NCBI GenBank assembly: GCA_943356415.1 | Contig: CALREW010000002.1 | Coordinates: 128,325-192,324, forward strand | Direction: 5' to 3' | Length of the DNA: 64,000 bases | Source of the DNA: Candidatus Nomurabacteria bacterium | Lineage (GTDB): Bacteria; Patescibacteriota; Minisyncoccia; Phycocordibacterales; SBAW01 | In this document: piece after piece, positions 38,155 through 46,694 of the stretch | Layout of the letters: every line of letters starts with the position of its first letter | Numbering within the stretch: the first letter of the stretch is position 1 | The notes under the pieces: generated by a model | The model's database searches: none | The model's input: the letters and a program-made list of their open reading frames with translations, nothing else | Told to the model about the DNA's origin: nothing | Program-made: the position numbers and the translations under genes

Positions 38155-38832
38155 TTATTTAGCAGTCGAGCCCTTCTCCTTCTCAGGGAAGATATCGCCG
38201 CGGTAGAGCCAAACTTTGACGCCAATGACACCGTACGGGAGGTAGGCCTTCTCGCGAGCGTAGTCGATATCTGCACGGAATGTCTGTAGCGGGATGCGGC
38301 CACGCTTAAGCTCTTCAGTACGAGCCATGTCGCCACCGCCGAGGCGACCACCGAGAGCGATGCGCACACCTTTGACATCGCGGTTTGCGATTACTTTCTC
38401 AATCGTTTGCTTGAGAACGCGGCGAAACGGCATGCGCTTTTCGAGCGCTTCAGCAACCATGTAGGCCACAACCGCAGCATTACTCTCCGGTGAACGAATC
38501 TCTTCGATATCAAGCTTAATGTCTGTTGCCGGAAGCTTTTCCTTCTGCATGAGAGCGACGATCTTGTTGCGCAACTTGGTCGAGCCATCACCACCGCGGC
38601 CAATGATGATACCCGGGCGCGAAGTTTTGATGATGATGCGCAAGAGTTTTGCATTGCGCTCAAACTCGATGGCAGCTGCGTACATACCGCGAAGTTCCTT
38701 TACAAGCATCTGACGAATGAGGACGTCTGCCTTAAGGTTAGTGCGGTAATTTTTGTCCGTGGCAAACCAGCGAGACTTCCAGTCCCTGATGATGCCGAGG
38801 CGATGTGAATATGGATGGACTATTTTAGACAT
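38155..38832 (-). CDS. rpsC: 30S ribosomal protein S3
   Basis: KH domain region plus GIKVWLYRGDIF. Confidence 0.95.
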   Translation of the reverse strand: MSKIVHPYSHRLGIIRDWKSRWFATDKNYRTNLKADVLIRQMLVKELRGMYAAAIEFERNAKLLRIIIKTSRPGIIIGRGGDGSTKLRNKIVALMQKEKLPATDIKLDIEEIRSPESNAAVVAYMVAEALEKRMPFRRVLKQTIEKVIANRDVKGVRIALGGRLGGGDMARTEELKRGRIPLQTFRADIDYAREKAYLPYGVIGVKVWLYRGDIFPEKEKGSTAK

Positions 38833-38836
38833 AGGT

Positions 38837-39250
38837 TTATTTTGCCGCTTCTGCGGTTACCTGCTTCTTCGTCGCCTTTTTGGTAGCAACCTTCTTTGCC
38901 TTTGCGGGTTTAGAGCCTGCCGGGGCAGTGAGGGTGAGGGTGATATGACTTGAGCGCTTGAGGATCTGAGCTGCCGAGCCGCGGGCGCGAGGCATAAAAC
39001 GCTTGAGCACCGTGCCTTCATTGACCTCAATATGCGAAAGGATCATAGACTCAGGAGTTGATTCCCCCGCTTGCTTGGCGTTAGCAACTGCCGAGCGAAC
39101 AAGCTTCTCCATAGGGAGAGAGGCGCGCTTCGGAAGCGTGCTCAATGTTGCGATGGCTTCAGCTGCAGACTTGCCGCGAATAAGATCGGCAACGAGACGC
39201 ACTTTGCGGGGTGCTTGTCGGTAGTTACTGAGTTTAGCGGTAGTAGCCAT
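38837..39250 (-). CDS. rplV: 50S ribosomal protein L22
   Basis: SNYRQAPRKVRLVADLIRGKSAAEA. Confidence 0.9.
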   Translation of the reverse strand: MATTAKLSNYRQAPRKVRLVADLIRGKSAAEAIATLSTLPKRASLPMEKLVRSAVANAKQAGESTPESMILSHIEVNEGTVLKRFMPRARGSAAQILKRSSHITLTLTAPAGSKPAKAKKVATKKATKKQVTAEAAK

Positions 39251-39256
39251 GGTGGT

Positions 39257-39604
39257 TTATTTCTTCGGTGCAGCAGCAGCTTCAGGTTTTGCAGCCTTGG
39301 CAGCAGCAATCTCAGACTCCTTCTTTTTGATCTCGAGCTCTTTCTGCATCTTTCCTCCGTGACGAACGAACTTCTTTGTAGGAGAGAATTCACCGAGGCG
39401 ATGACCCACCATATCTTCGGTAACCAACACTTCGATATGAGTCTTGCCGTTGTGTACGCCAAACTTGAAACCAACCATCTCAGGAGAAATCTGACTGCGG
39501 CGGTACCACGTGTTTATAACCCCAGTGGTCTGAGGCTTTTTACCCTCAATTTTCTTGAGGAGTTTTGGTTCAACGAAGGGTCCTTTAGTGAGTGAGCGTG
39601 CCAT
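39257..39604 (-). CDS. rpsS: 30S ribosomal protein S19 (C-terminal Ala/Lys-rich extension)
   Basis: [18 protein letters not shown]...[18 protein letters not shown]. Confidence 0.9.
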   Translation of the reverse strand: MARSLTKGPFVEPKLLKKIEGKKPQTTGVINTWYRRSQISPEMVGFKFGVHNGKTHIEVLVTEDMVGHRLGEFSPTKKFVRHGGKMQKELEIKKKESEIAAAKAAKPEAAAAPKK

Positions 39605-39687
39605 TGTTTTTTCTGTTTGCCCGAGCAGGTTTCGGTTTTTGTTTTGCTCTACGTGATCGAAGCTTTGAGCCCCAATCTCGTCGGCTT

Positions 39688-39715
39688 AAACAAAAACCCG
39701 CCCAAGCGGGAATGG
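39688..39715 (-). terminator. intrinsic terminator between the IS element and rpsS
   Basis: The minus strand reads cccgc-ttgg-gcggg followed by tttttgttt. Confidence 0.5.
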
Positions 39716-39758
39716 ACAGATACTACCTACCCCTCTCCCCAATTGCAAGGCTTTTCCA

Positions 39759-39798
39759 GATCAAAATGTTCGAGGCCCGGGCCTCGAACATTTTGATC
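39759..39798. repeat. 40-nt perfect palindrome (left end hairpin)
   Basis: The sequence gatcaaaatgttcgaggccc|gggcctcgaacattttgatc is exactly self-complementary. Confidence 0.9.
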
Positions 39799-39806
39799 GT
39801 CATTCA

Positions 39807-40490
39807 TCATAGTTCAACTGAACTGGTTGGAATCTTGTCCTCAAGTGTCTTGGCTGTACTACTGTTCACAAAATCCAAGTAATTACTCTGCTTAGTGCCA
39901 TCGAACTGACTAATGAGGATATCGCTAGAAAGGAGACTCCCCCACCGATTTTCTTCCACCATGTCTTGGAAAGAAGAATACGGATACGCAAGCTCGTAAC
40001 CTTTCCACTTTGCGAGCTCTCTCGGGTTGCGATGAATATAAGCCGAAAGATATAAGAGCTGGTCATTGTCCTGCACGTGCACATTCTTGTATCTGCTTTC
40101 AAAAAGGTGCCCCGCGGCTTTGTACTTTGTATTGAAATACATGGCATATCCCGTTGAAAGTCGTTGCATATAGGCGCTGATACCTCCTTCGGTAGTCTCT
40201 TTAAGCAAAAGGTGGAAATGATTGGGCATGATGCAAAATGCTACAAGCTCAATCAATTTATTTTTTTCGATGCTCTCCAATTGGCTCTTCGGTATCCGAA
40301 AACCCTCTTCGAGAGCTGCCGATTTCAAGTACCGACGGATATTCGGCAAAGCAACATCCGATTGGCAGTGGAGGATCAAAAAAAGGAAACGGAGCCAATC
40401 GTGCTCATCCTTAAAGAGATTCGCTTTATGCGCCCCGCGATTGAACACATGGTAATACTCTCCAAAAGAAATTTCTCGAGCTACCGTCAT
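39807..40490 (-). CDS. tnpA: IS200/IS605-like Y1 (HuH) transposase TnpA / REP-associated tyrosine transposase
   Basis: HuH motif MPNHFHLLL, catalytic Tyr region GHLFESRYKNVHV, and N-terminal YHVFNRGAHKANLF. Confidence 0.75.
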   Translation of the reverse strand: MTVAREISFGEYYHVFNRGAHKANLFKDEHDWLRFLFLILHCQSDVALPNIRRYLKSAALEEGFRIPKSQLESIEKNKLIELVAFCIMPNHFHLLLKETTEGGISAYMQRLSTGYAMYFNTKYKAAGHLFESRYKNVHVQDNDQLLYLSAYIHRNPRELAKWKGYELAYPYSSFQDMVEENRWGSLLSSDILISQFDGTKQSNYLDFVNSSTAKTLEDKIPTSSVEL

Positions 40491-40508
40491 TCAACCGAGT
40501 TTAACATG

Positions 40509-40536
40509 TTTGTTCGAGGCCCGGGCCTCGAACAAA
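40509..40536. repeat. 28-nt perfect palindrome (right end hairpin)
   Basis: The sequence tttgttcgaggccc|gggcctcgaacaaa has the same core as the left-end palindrome. Confidence 0.9.
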
Positions 40537-40583
40537 AACTTCTTTGGCAAATGCTTATGAATATTTAAGAGCAAAAAGCCGAA

Positions 40584-40612
40584 CGGGGCGCCAGATGGCG
40601 CCCCGTGGGGGT
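40584..40612 (-). terminator. GC-rich terminator after purE
   Basis: The minus strand reads ggggcgcc-atct-ggcgcccc followed by gttcggctttttgctc. Confidence 0.65.
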
Positions 40613-40661
40613 GGAGGATGGTTGGAGTTTCGTGAAGTCGAACGTCGCTTGTCGGGCGAGG

Positions 40662-41273
40662 TTACTTCTTCTTGCCGGCGGCCTTCTTGGCCTTCGGCAT
40701 GACGAACTTCGGCGGCGCGACCGGCACATTGTCGCTCTGGTGGGTGACGTAGCGATGCAGCGCATCGCGGACGTTCGGCCTGTAGAGACCGACCATCGAG
40801 GCAGCCAGCAGTGCCGCGTTAGCGGCGGCACCCATGCCAACCGTTGCGACGGGCACGCCGGGCGGCATCTGGACGATGGAGAGCAATGCATCCATCCCAT
40901 CGAGACCCGTCTTCGGCGGATTGCCGATGATGGGAACCCCGATGACCGGGATGCTCGGCGCGTGGGCCTTCATCATGCCGGGCAGATGTGCGGCACCGCC
41001 GGCACCAGCGATGATGATGCGGTTGCTGATGTTGGCCCGGTGTGCGAGGAACTCCACGCGGCGTGGGGTCCGATGCGCCGACGTGATGAACGTCTGATAG
41101 GTGACGCTGAGTTCGACGAGGACGCGGACGCAGTCCCACATGCCACCTGCGATGCCCTCACGCCAGTCGCTGATGGAGCCCATCGCGACGAGGACGTCGA
41201 CCTTCTTCAGTTCCTTCGCCCGCTTGACGAAGTCCGTCCACGTTTTCGGCTCATCTGGCATAAAGTCAGCCAT
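40662..41273 (-). CDS. purE: N5-carboxyaminoimidazole ribonucleotide mutase (PurE), high-GC cassette inside the S10 operon
   Basis: VLVAMGSISDW, SAHRTP and IAGAGGAAHLPGMMKAHAPSIPVIGVPI are PurE signatures. Strong G/C-ending codon bias. Lies between rplB and rpsS, which are normally adjacent. Confidence 0.85.
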   Translation of the reverse strand: MADFMPDEPKTWTDFVKRAKELKKVDVLVAMGSISDWREGIAGGMWDCVRVLVELSVTYQTFITSAHRTPRRVEFLAHRANISNRIIIAGAGGAAHLPGMMKAHAPSIPVIGVPIIGNPPKTGLDGMDALLSIVQMPPGVPVATVGMGAAANAALLAASMVGLYRPNVRDALHRYVTHQSDNVPVAPPKFVMPKAKKAAGKKK

Positions 41274-41419
41274 GGCCTTTTACCTTTCCGCCCGAATGGG
41301 CTTATCTCAATGGTTGTACGCGCGGGGCAAATGCCCTACCGGAAGTCACTCTACTCAATAGCGTCTCGGGCGCAACAACAAACCACCCGCCATTCGGCGG
41401 GTGGTTTGTTTTGATTTCG

Positions 41420-42271
41420 TTAGTCTGCTTTGCGCTTCTTGCCGACGCGACGGCGAGAAACGATGAGGCGATTGGAGTATTTCTTCGGCGTGCGAGTCTT
41501 TTGACCCTTACCTGCAGGGCGTCCCCACATGGTGACAAGGCGGCGACGTCCGCGACCTTGGCGTCCTTCACCACCGCCGTATGGGTGGTCAACTGGGTTC
41601 ATGGCAGTACCTCGAACGGTCGGACGGATACCTTTCCAGCGACTGCGTCCTGCTTTACCGAAGTTAACAAGGTGATGTTCAGGATTTGAAACTTCGCCGA
41701 TAGTGGCAAAGCACGTCTCGAGAACTTTGCGCACTTCAGTCGACGGCATCTTGAGGTCAACATAGCCTCCGTCGCGAGCGATAACTTCGATGTGGGTACC
41801 TGCGGAGCGACCAAGTTTGCCACCGTTGCCTGGCTTTATCTCGACGTTGTATACGAAAGTACCAACGGGAACATTCTTGAGCGGCATTGCATTGCCTGGT
41901 ACTGGCTTTGCGTCAGGACCACAAACAATCTCTGCGCCGGCCTTTACTGACTGAGGAAGAAGGCGGTAGCGACGAGAACCATCCTTGTAGACAACGACAC
42001 CAACGAAACCTGAGCGGTTTGGATCGTATTCAATAGTCTCAACACGACCAGGGACACCCACTTTATCGTAATGAGAAGTAACCTCACGGAAGAGACGCTT
42101 GGCACCGCCTCCTTTGTGACGCACGGTTATGCGGCCGACATTGTTACGACCAACACCACGCTTAAACCCAGAGGTGAGTGGCTTGTACGGATCGGTCGTG
42201 GTCAACTCCTTGCGGAAGTTGATGCCAGTCATGCCGCGGCGTGATTTTGTGTATGGCTTATACGTTTTCAT
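41420..42271 (-). CDS. rplB: 50S ribosomal protein L2
   Basis: GRNNVGRITVRHKGGG...HPYGGGEGR. Confidence 0.95.
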   Translation of the reverse strand: MKTYKPYTKSRRGMTGINFRKELTTTDPYKPLTSGFKRGVGRNNVGRITVRHKGGGAKRLFREVTSHYDKVGVPGRVETIEYDPNRSGFVGVVVYKDGSRRYRLLPQSVKAGAEIVCGPDAKPVPGNAMPLKNVPVGTFVYNVEIKPGNGGKLGRSAGTHIEVIARDGGYVDLKMPSTEVRKVLETCFATIGEVSNPEHHLVNFGKAGRSRWKGIRPTVRGTAMNPVDHPYGGGEGRQGRGRRRLVTMWGRPAGKGQKTRTPKKYSNRLIVSRRRVGKKRKAD

Positions 42272-42276
42272 ATCGG

Positions 42277-42663
42277 TTATGCAATCTCAATCTTATCTCC
42301 CTTGTTGAGGTAGACGTAGGCCTTCTTTCCACGATTGGTGTAGCCGTCTTTCTGAGTTTGGCGAGTTTTTACGCGCACGGCAGGGATGCTGGTCACGCGG
42401 ATTTTGCGTGGAGTCACTTTGAAGAGCTCGATGATAGCATTGCGAACCATCGGCTTCGTGGTCGTGCGGGCGATGTTGAACACATAGACGCCGTGGTCAG
42501 TGCCGATGGCAGCCTTCTCAGTGATGCGAGGAGCTTTAAGAAGGTGCGAGAACTGAGCCTTACCTGAAGAGACTGCGCGGGGTGCTACAACCTTCTTCTC
42601 AGCAGCTTCTGCTGCAGGAGCGGCTTTCGTTTCAGTATTCTTTTTTCGATTGAAAATAGCCAT
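42277..42663 (-). CDS. rplW: 50S ribosomal protein L23
   Basis: LKAPRITEKAAIGTDHGVYVFNI. Confidence 0.9.
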   Translation of the reverse strand: MAIFNRKKNTETKAAPAAEAAEKKVVAPRAVSSGKAQFSHLLKAPRITEKAAIGTDHGVYVFNIARTTTKPMVRNAIIELFKVTPRKIRVTSIPAVRVKTRQTQKDGYTNRGKKAYVYLNKGDKIEIA

Positions 42664-42669
42664 GGTGGT

Positions 42670-43422
42670 TTATGCGTTCGCGCGCTTTACGAGTGCTTCG
42701 ATAGTTTCTTTCGGGGAAACCATAACGAGGTACTTCGAGGTGAGGAGCGCGACTGGATTGAGGTTGGCGGCGTCGATAACTTCAACGTTTCCGAAGTTTC
42801 CGAAACTCTTGCGAACCGGCACATCAAACGTCGGCGTTGAAACAAGTGCGGCATTTGAGCGCTTGGTTGCGAGCGCCTCAAATCCTTTCACCTTCGAGAG
42901 ACCTGAGAGAATGGACTTCGCCATCGATGCTTTAGGTGCAGTAATGCCGAGCGATTCGACAAAGATAACTTCTCCGTCGCGAAGTTTGCGCGAGAGTGTC
43001 ACGAAGAGTGCCTTGCGGCGCATCGAACGGTTGATTTTCTTCTCGTATGACTTCTCGTTGCGAGGACCGTGCGTAACACCTCCACCTACCCAGATAGGAG
43101 AGCGAGAAGAACCATGACGTGCGCGACCAGTTCCCTTCTGCTTCCACGGCTTGCGTCCACCACCGCGCACTTCTGAACGGTCTTTCGTGTGTGCAATCGG
43201 GTTGCGGGCATTTGCCTGCATCGAGGTAACCACTTGGTGCACCATGTCAGAGTTCCAGGAGAGGCCAAAGAGTTCTGCGGGCAACTCGATTGAACCAACG
43301 GACTTGCCTTTGATGTCATAGATATCAGCCGAGAGAGCCGCACCAACGGTCTTCTTTTCTTTGCGAGGTGCAACCTTCTTCGGTGCAGCTGCTTTTTTTG
43401 TTGTAGTAGTTTTCGTAGCCAT
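42670..43422 (-). CDS. rplD: 50S ribosomal protein L4
   Basis: RGGGRKPWKQKGTGRARHGS. Confidence 0.9.
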   Translation of the reverse strand: MATKTTTTKKAAAPKKVAPRKEKKTVGAALSADIYDIKGKSVGSIELPAELFGLSWNSDMVHQVVTSMQANARNPIAHTKDRSEVRGGGRKPWKQKGTGRARHGSSRSPIWVGGGVTHGPRNEKSYEKKINRSMRRKALFVTLSRKLRDGEVIFVESLGITAPKASMAKSILSGLSKVKGFEALATKRSNAALVSTPTFDVPVRKSFGNFGNVEVIDAANLNPVALLTSKYLVMVSPKETIEALVKRANA

Positions 43423-43431
43423 AAAAATGTA

Positions 43432-44079
43432 TTAGCCCACTATCTCAACAAGCGTCCCGCGACGGCCTGGGACTGCACCTGCAATGACGAGCTCGCCGGT
43501 TTCCGGAAGTACTTGGAGAACCTGGAGGCCTTTGACCGTAATGCGATCGCCACCCATGCGACCAGCCATGCGCATATCCTTGACGACACGACCGCCTGCG
43601 CGACCACCGCCACCGATGGAACCCGGCTCACGCTCAGAGTGTTTCTGACCGTGCGTGCGGCGACCTCCAGCAAAACCGTGGCGCTTCACAACACCTTGGA
43701 AACCCTTACCCTTTGAAGTTGCAGAGACTGCAACCATATCGCCCGGAGCGAATACTGAAATATCGTATGTAGAACCAACCTCCGCGCCAGAAATATCAGC
43801 GACTTTGAGTTTCTCTCCACCAATAAAACCCGACGCGCTACGCACTTCGCGGTACACGCGATATCCCTTACCTTTGCCGTGACCTATTTGTGCCTTGTTT
43901 ACTTTGCGCTCAGGAAGCTCTTCGTTTGCAACTTGCACTGCTGCATAGCCGTCCTTCTCTTTAGTCTTTATCTGCGTAACAACCATTGGGGATGCAACGA
44001 GAATCGTTGCAGCATAGGCACGACCGTCCTCTGAGAAGACGGTGGTCATGTTGCGTTTGGTTGCGAGGATGTATTTCAT
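43432..44079 (-). CDS. rplC: 50S ribosomal protein L3
   Basis: KGKGFQGVVKRHGFAGG. Start set at MKYILATKRNMTTVF (ATG 44077-44079). Confidence 0.9.
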   Translation of the reverse strand: MKYILATKRNMTTVFSEDGRAYAATILVASPMVVTQIKTKEKDGYAAVQVANEELPERKVNKAQIGHGKGKGYRVYREVRSASGFIGGEKLKVADISGAEVGSTYDISVFAPGDMVAVSATSKGKGFQGVVKRHGFAGGRRTHGQKHSEREPGSIGGGGRAGGRVVKDMRMAGRMGGDRITVKGLQVLQVLPETGELVIAGAVPGRRGTLVEIVG

Positions 44080-44218
44080 GGAAATAAAAAACGCGCCCGA
44101 ATGGCGCAACTCCTCAAGAGGAGTTCGTGCCATTGGTCCCCCGCTTGGGGACGTAGCCATCTCAATCTGAGATGCAGGGAGACTATACATGGGCAAGCTT
44201 TTTGGTGCAAGCACAAAT

Positions 44219-44245
44219 CAAAGACCCGGCTTTTGGCCGGGTCTT
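44219..44245. terminator. hairpin in the unusual 190-nt rpsJ-rplC spacer (terminator or attenuator)
   Basis: Hairpin aaagacccggc-tttt-ggccgggtcttt. A second palindrome, actcctcttgaggagt, lies further downstream on the minus strand. Confidence 0.45.
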
Positions 44246-44268
44246 TGATTTAAATTCTTGGGATTTCT

Positions 44269-44643
44269 TTACGCGCCCATTTTGACGTCAATCGTGACGC
44301 CTGAAGGGAGCGAGAGGTTAGTGAGTGCCTCGATAACCTTCGGAGACGGATCAAGTATCTCAATCAATCGCTTGTGTACGCGCATCTCGAACTGTTCTCG
44401 CGCGTCCTTGTAGATGAACGTAGAGCGGTTGACCGTGTACTTCTTGATTTCCGTCGGAAGTGGCACCGGACCAACGACCTTTGCGTCATAGCGAAGCGCA
44501 GTGTCGATGATCTGTCGCACTGAGGCGTCGAGCACCTTGTGCTCGTACGCGCGCACGCGGATGCGTAGACGCTCAGGCGTGTCCGCCTTTGCGGCTTTAC
44601 CGGTGCGGCGCTTTGCGGGCTTCTCTTGTGCGGTAGATGCCAT
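44269..44643 (-). CDS. rpsJ: 30S ribosomal protein S10 (N-terminal basic extension)
   Basis: RIRVRAYEHKVLDASVRQIIDTALRYDAKVVGPVPLPT. Confidence 0.9.
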   Translation of the reverse strand: MASTAQEKPAKRRTGKAAKADTPERLRIRVRAYEHKVLDASVRQIIDTALRYDAKVVGPVPLPTEIKKYTVNRSTFIYKDAREQFEMRVHKRLIEILDPSPKVIEALTNLSLPSGVTIDVKMGA

Positions 44644-44651
44644 AGAGGTGC

Positions 44652-45842
44652 TTACGCGATGATCTTAGTTACCACACCGGCACCGACCGTCTTACCACCT
44701 TCGCGAACTGCGAAGCGAGTCTGATCTTCAAGTGCAACCGGTGCAACAAGCTTCACTTTGAATGTGATCGTGTCACCCGGCATAACCATCTCAGTGCCTG
44801 ACGGCAACGTTACGTCGCCAGTTACGTCAGTGGTGCGGATGTAGAACTGCGGCTTGTAGCCAGAGAAGAACGGGGTGTGGCGACCACCTTCATCCTTGTT
44901 GAGGATGTAGACTTCTGCCTCAAACTCCGTGTGCGGAGTAACTGAACCCGGCTTCACAATGACCTGACCGCGGTGGATGTCTTCCTTTTTGACACCACGA
45001 ACGAGGATACCGGCGTTGTCGCCTGCGAGACCCTCATCGAGCTGCTTGTTGAACATTTCGATACCGGTGATGGTCGTCTTAACCGTGTCTTTAAGACCGA
45101 CGATTTCAACTTCCTCACCTACCTTGATGCGACCGCGCTCAATGCGGCCAGTAACCACGGTTCCGCGGCCTTCAATCGAGAAGATGTCTTCGACTGGCAT
45201 AAGGAATGGCTTGTCGAGTTCGCGAGCCGGCATCGGGATGTACTCATCGAGTGCCTTGGTGAGCTCAAGAACCTTCTGTGCCCACGGATCATCGAGGCTT
45301 GTTGCCTCAAGTGCCTTGAGACCGGAGCCCTTGATAACCGGAGCATTGTCGCCGTCATAGCCCTGCTTCGTGAGAAGTTCACGAACTTCCTGCTCAACGA
45401 GGTCAACCATGTCTTGGTCATCAACCATGTCTACCTTGTTGAGGAAGACAATGATCTTCGGGACACCGACTTGCTTGGCAAGAAGGATGTGTTCGCGCGT
45501 CTGAGGCATTGCGCCGTCAGTTGCAGCAACCACGAGGATAGCGCCGTCCATCTGGGCTGCGCCGGTGATCATGTTCTTGATGTAGTCCGCGTGGCCAGGA
45601 GCGTCGATGTGCGCGTAGTGGCGGTTAGCGGTTTCGTACTCGTTGTGCGAGAGCGAAATAGTAATACCGCGCGCCTTTTCTTCAGGCGCGTTGTCAATCT
45701 CATCAACCTTCTTCATCTTCACCGTGTTACCGGCAAGATTGAGGACGTTGAGGATCGCTGCCGTGAGCGTGGTCTTTCCATGGTCGACGTGACCGATGGT
45801 GCCGACGTTCACATGGGGCTTCGAACGATCGAAGGATGCCAT
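44652..45842 (-). CDS. tuf: elongation factor Tu
   Basis: [18 protein letters not shown] and NKVD GTPase motifs across 396 aa. Confidence 0.97.
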   Translation of the reverse strand: MASFDRSKPHVNVGTIGHVDHGKTTLTAAILNVLNLAGNTVKMKKVDEIDNAPEEKARGITISLSHNEYETANRHYAHIDAPGHADYIKNMITGAAQMDGAILVVAATDGAMPQTREHILLAKQVGVPKIIVFLNKVDMVDDQDMVDLVEQEVRELLTKQGYDGDNAPVIKGSGLKALEATSLDDPWAQKVLELTKALDEYIPMPARELDKPFLMPVEDIFSIEGRGTVVTGRIERGRIKVGEEVEIVGLKDTVKTTITGIEMFNKQLDEGLAGDNAGILVRGVKKEDIHRGQVIVKPGSVTPHTEFEAEVYILNKDEGGRHTPFFSGYKPQFYIRTTDVTGDVTLPSGTEMVMPGDTITFKVKLVAPVALEDQTRFAVREGGKTVGAGVVTKIIA

Positions 45843-46088
45843 ATGTATTTGGTCCTGTGTCTAGATGTGCGGGATGCTGGAACCTCAGGAGTGCGCGAGA
45901 ACGCTTTCTCTTGAGGGCTCGGCAACCCGTGCCTGATAAATGTGCTCCGGACGCTCAACTGAGCGCACCGGAACATGAAAACCACACGCAATATGCGTTA
46001 CGCACAAAGGTAACAGAGGGAGCCATAAGAATCAACCCTTAACGCATCGCGGGCCGCCCAAAAGTGAGGGCGGCCCGTCGTTGAACGG

Positions 46089-46679
46089 TCATGCCACGCC
46101 GGCAACTGCGGCGAGTCCAAGCTCAATGAACTGGCTATCCGGCTGCCGCCCGCTTCGAGCGGCATACAGGAGCGCCAAGATCATGTCAGCCATGCCGATG
46201 AACTGAGCCAGACGTTGCATGCACGCATCATCATCTGGCAGCGGCATCACCGCGAAGGTCCACTCAAGAAAACTCCCTGCCGGGGTCTCCTTGATAGAAA
46301 ACCCGCAGTGATACCCATCGAGCTTGCTGAAGTAGTCCGCGAGGCCGTCTCGCCAAGTCGCGAGATGTACGAGCTGTGGCCTGTCGAATGGGCACGCTTC
46401 GAATTTGAATTCCTTGCTGAGCCAGCCGTCTTCATCACTCCACGAACAATGGAGATAATGTGCGACATGCTTCGGGAAGTGGATTGACGGCACGCACAAG
46501 CGCGCCATATCCTCTTTCCGCTCAACAAGAGTATTCCTATCGAAGCGCTTCTGAAGAAGCCAGGTAAAAAGGTCGAGCGGTGTCGTCACGGCGATATCCC
46601 CCGCAAATTGTTGAGTCTCCTTCTCAATTGAACCACTTCTTCGCAAAACGAAAAGACCCCTCTCGGGGCCGTTTCGCAC
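46089..46679 (-). CDS. hypothetical protein, elevated-GC insertion between fusA and tuf
   Basis: 196-aa ORF with a GTG start 15 nt after the fusA stop. The true start is uncertain. No known motifs. GC is visibly above neighbouring genes. Confidence 0.35.
   Translation of the reverse strand: MRNGPERGLFVLRRSGSIEKETQQFAGDIAVTTPLDLFTWLLQKRFDRNTLVERKEDMARLCVPSIHFPKHVAHYLHCSWSDEDGWLSKEFKFEACPFDRPQLVHLATWRDGLADYFSKLDGYHCGFSIKETPAGSFLEWTFAVMPLPDDDACMQRLAQFIGMADMILALLYAARSGRQPDSQFIELGLAAVAGVA
46640..46672 (-). terminator. intrinsic terminator after fusA
   Basis: The minus strand reads ggcccc-gaga-ggggtc followed by ttttcgttttgcg. Confidence 0.6.
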
Positions 46680-46694
46680 ACTTCACTTTTTGTA

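Larger units (their letters stand above)
39759..40536. mobile_element. IS200/IS605-family (REP/RAYT-like) element: tnpA flanked by identical perfect palindromic hairpins
   Basis: A 40-nt perfect palindrome at 39759-39798 and a 28-nt perfect palindrome at 40509-40536 share the 22-nt core gttcgaggcccgggcctcgaac. They bracket a Y1 HuH transposase gene. Confidence 0.75.
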
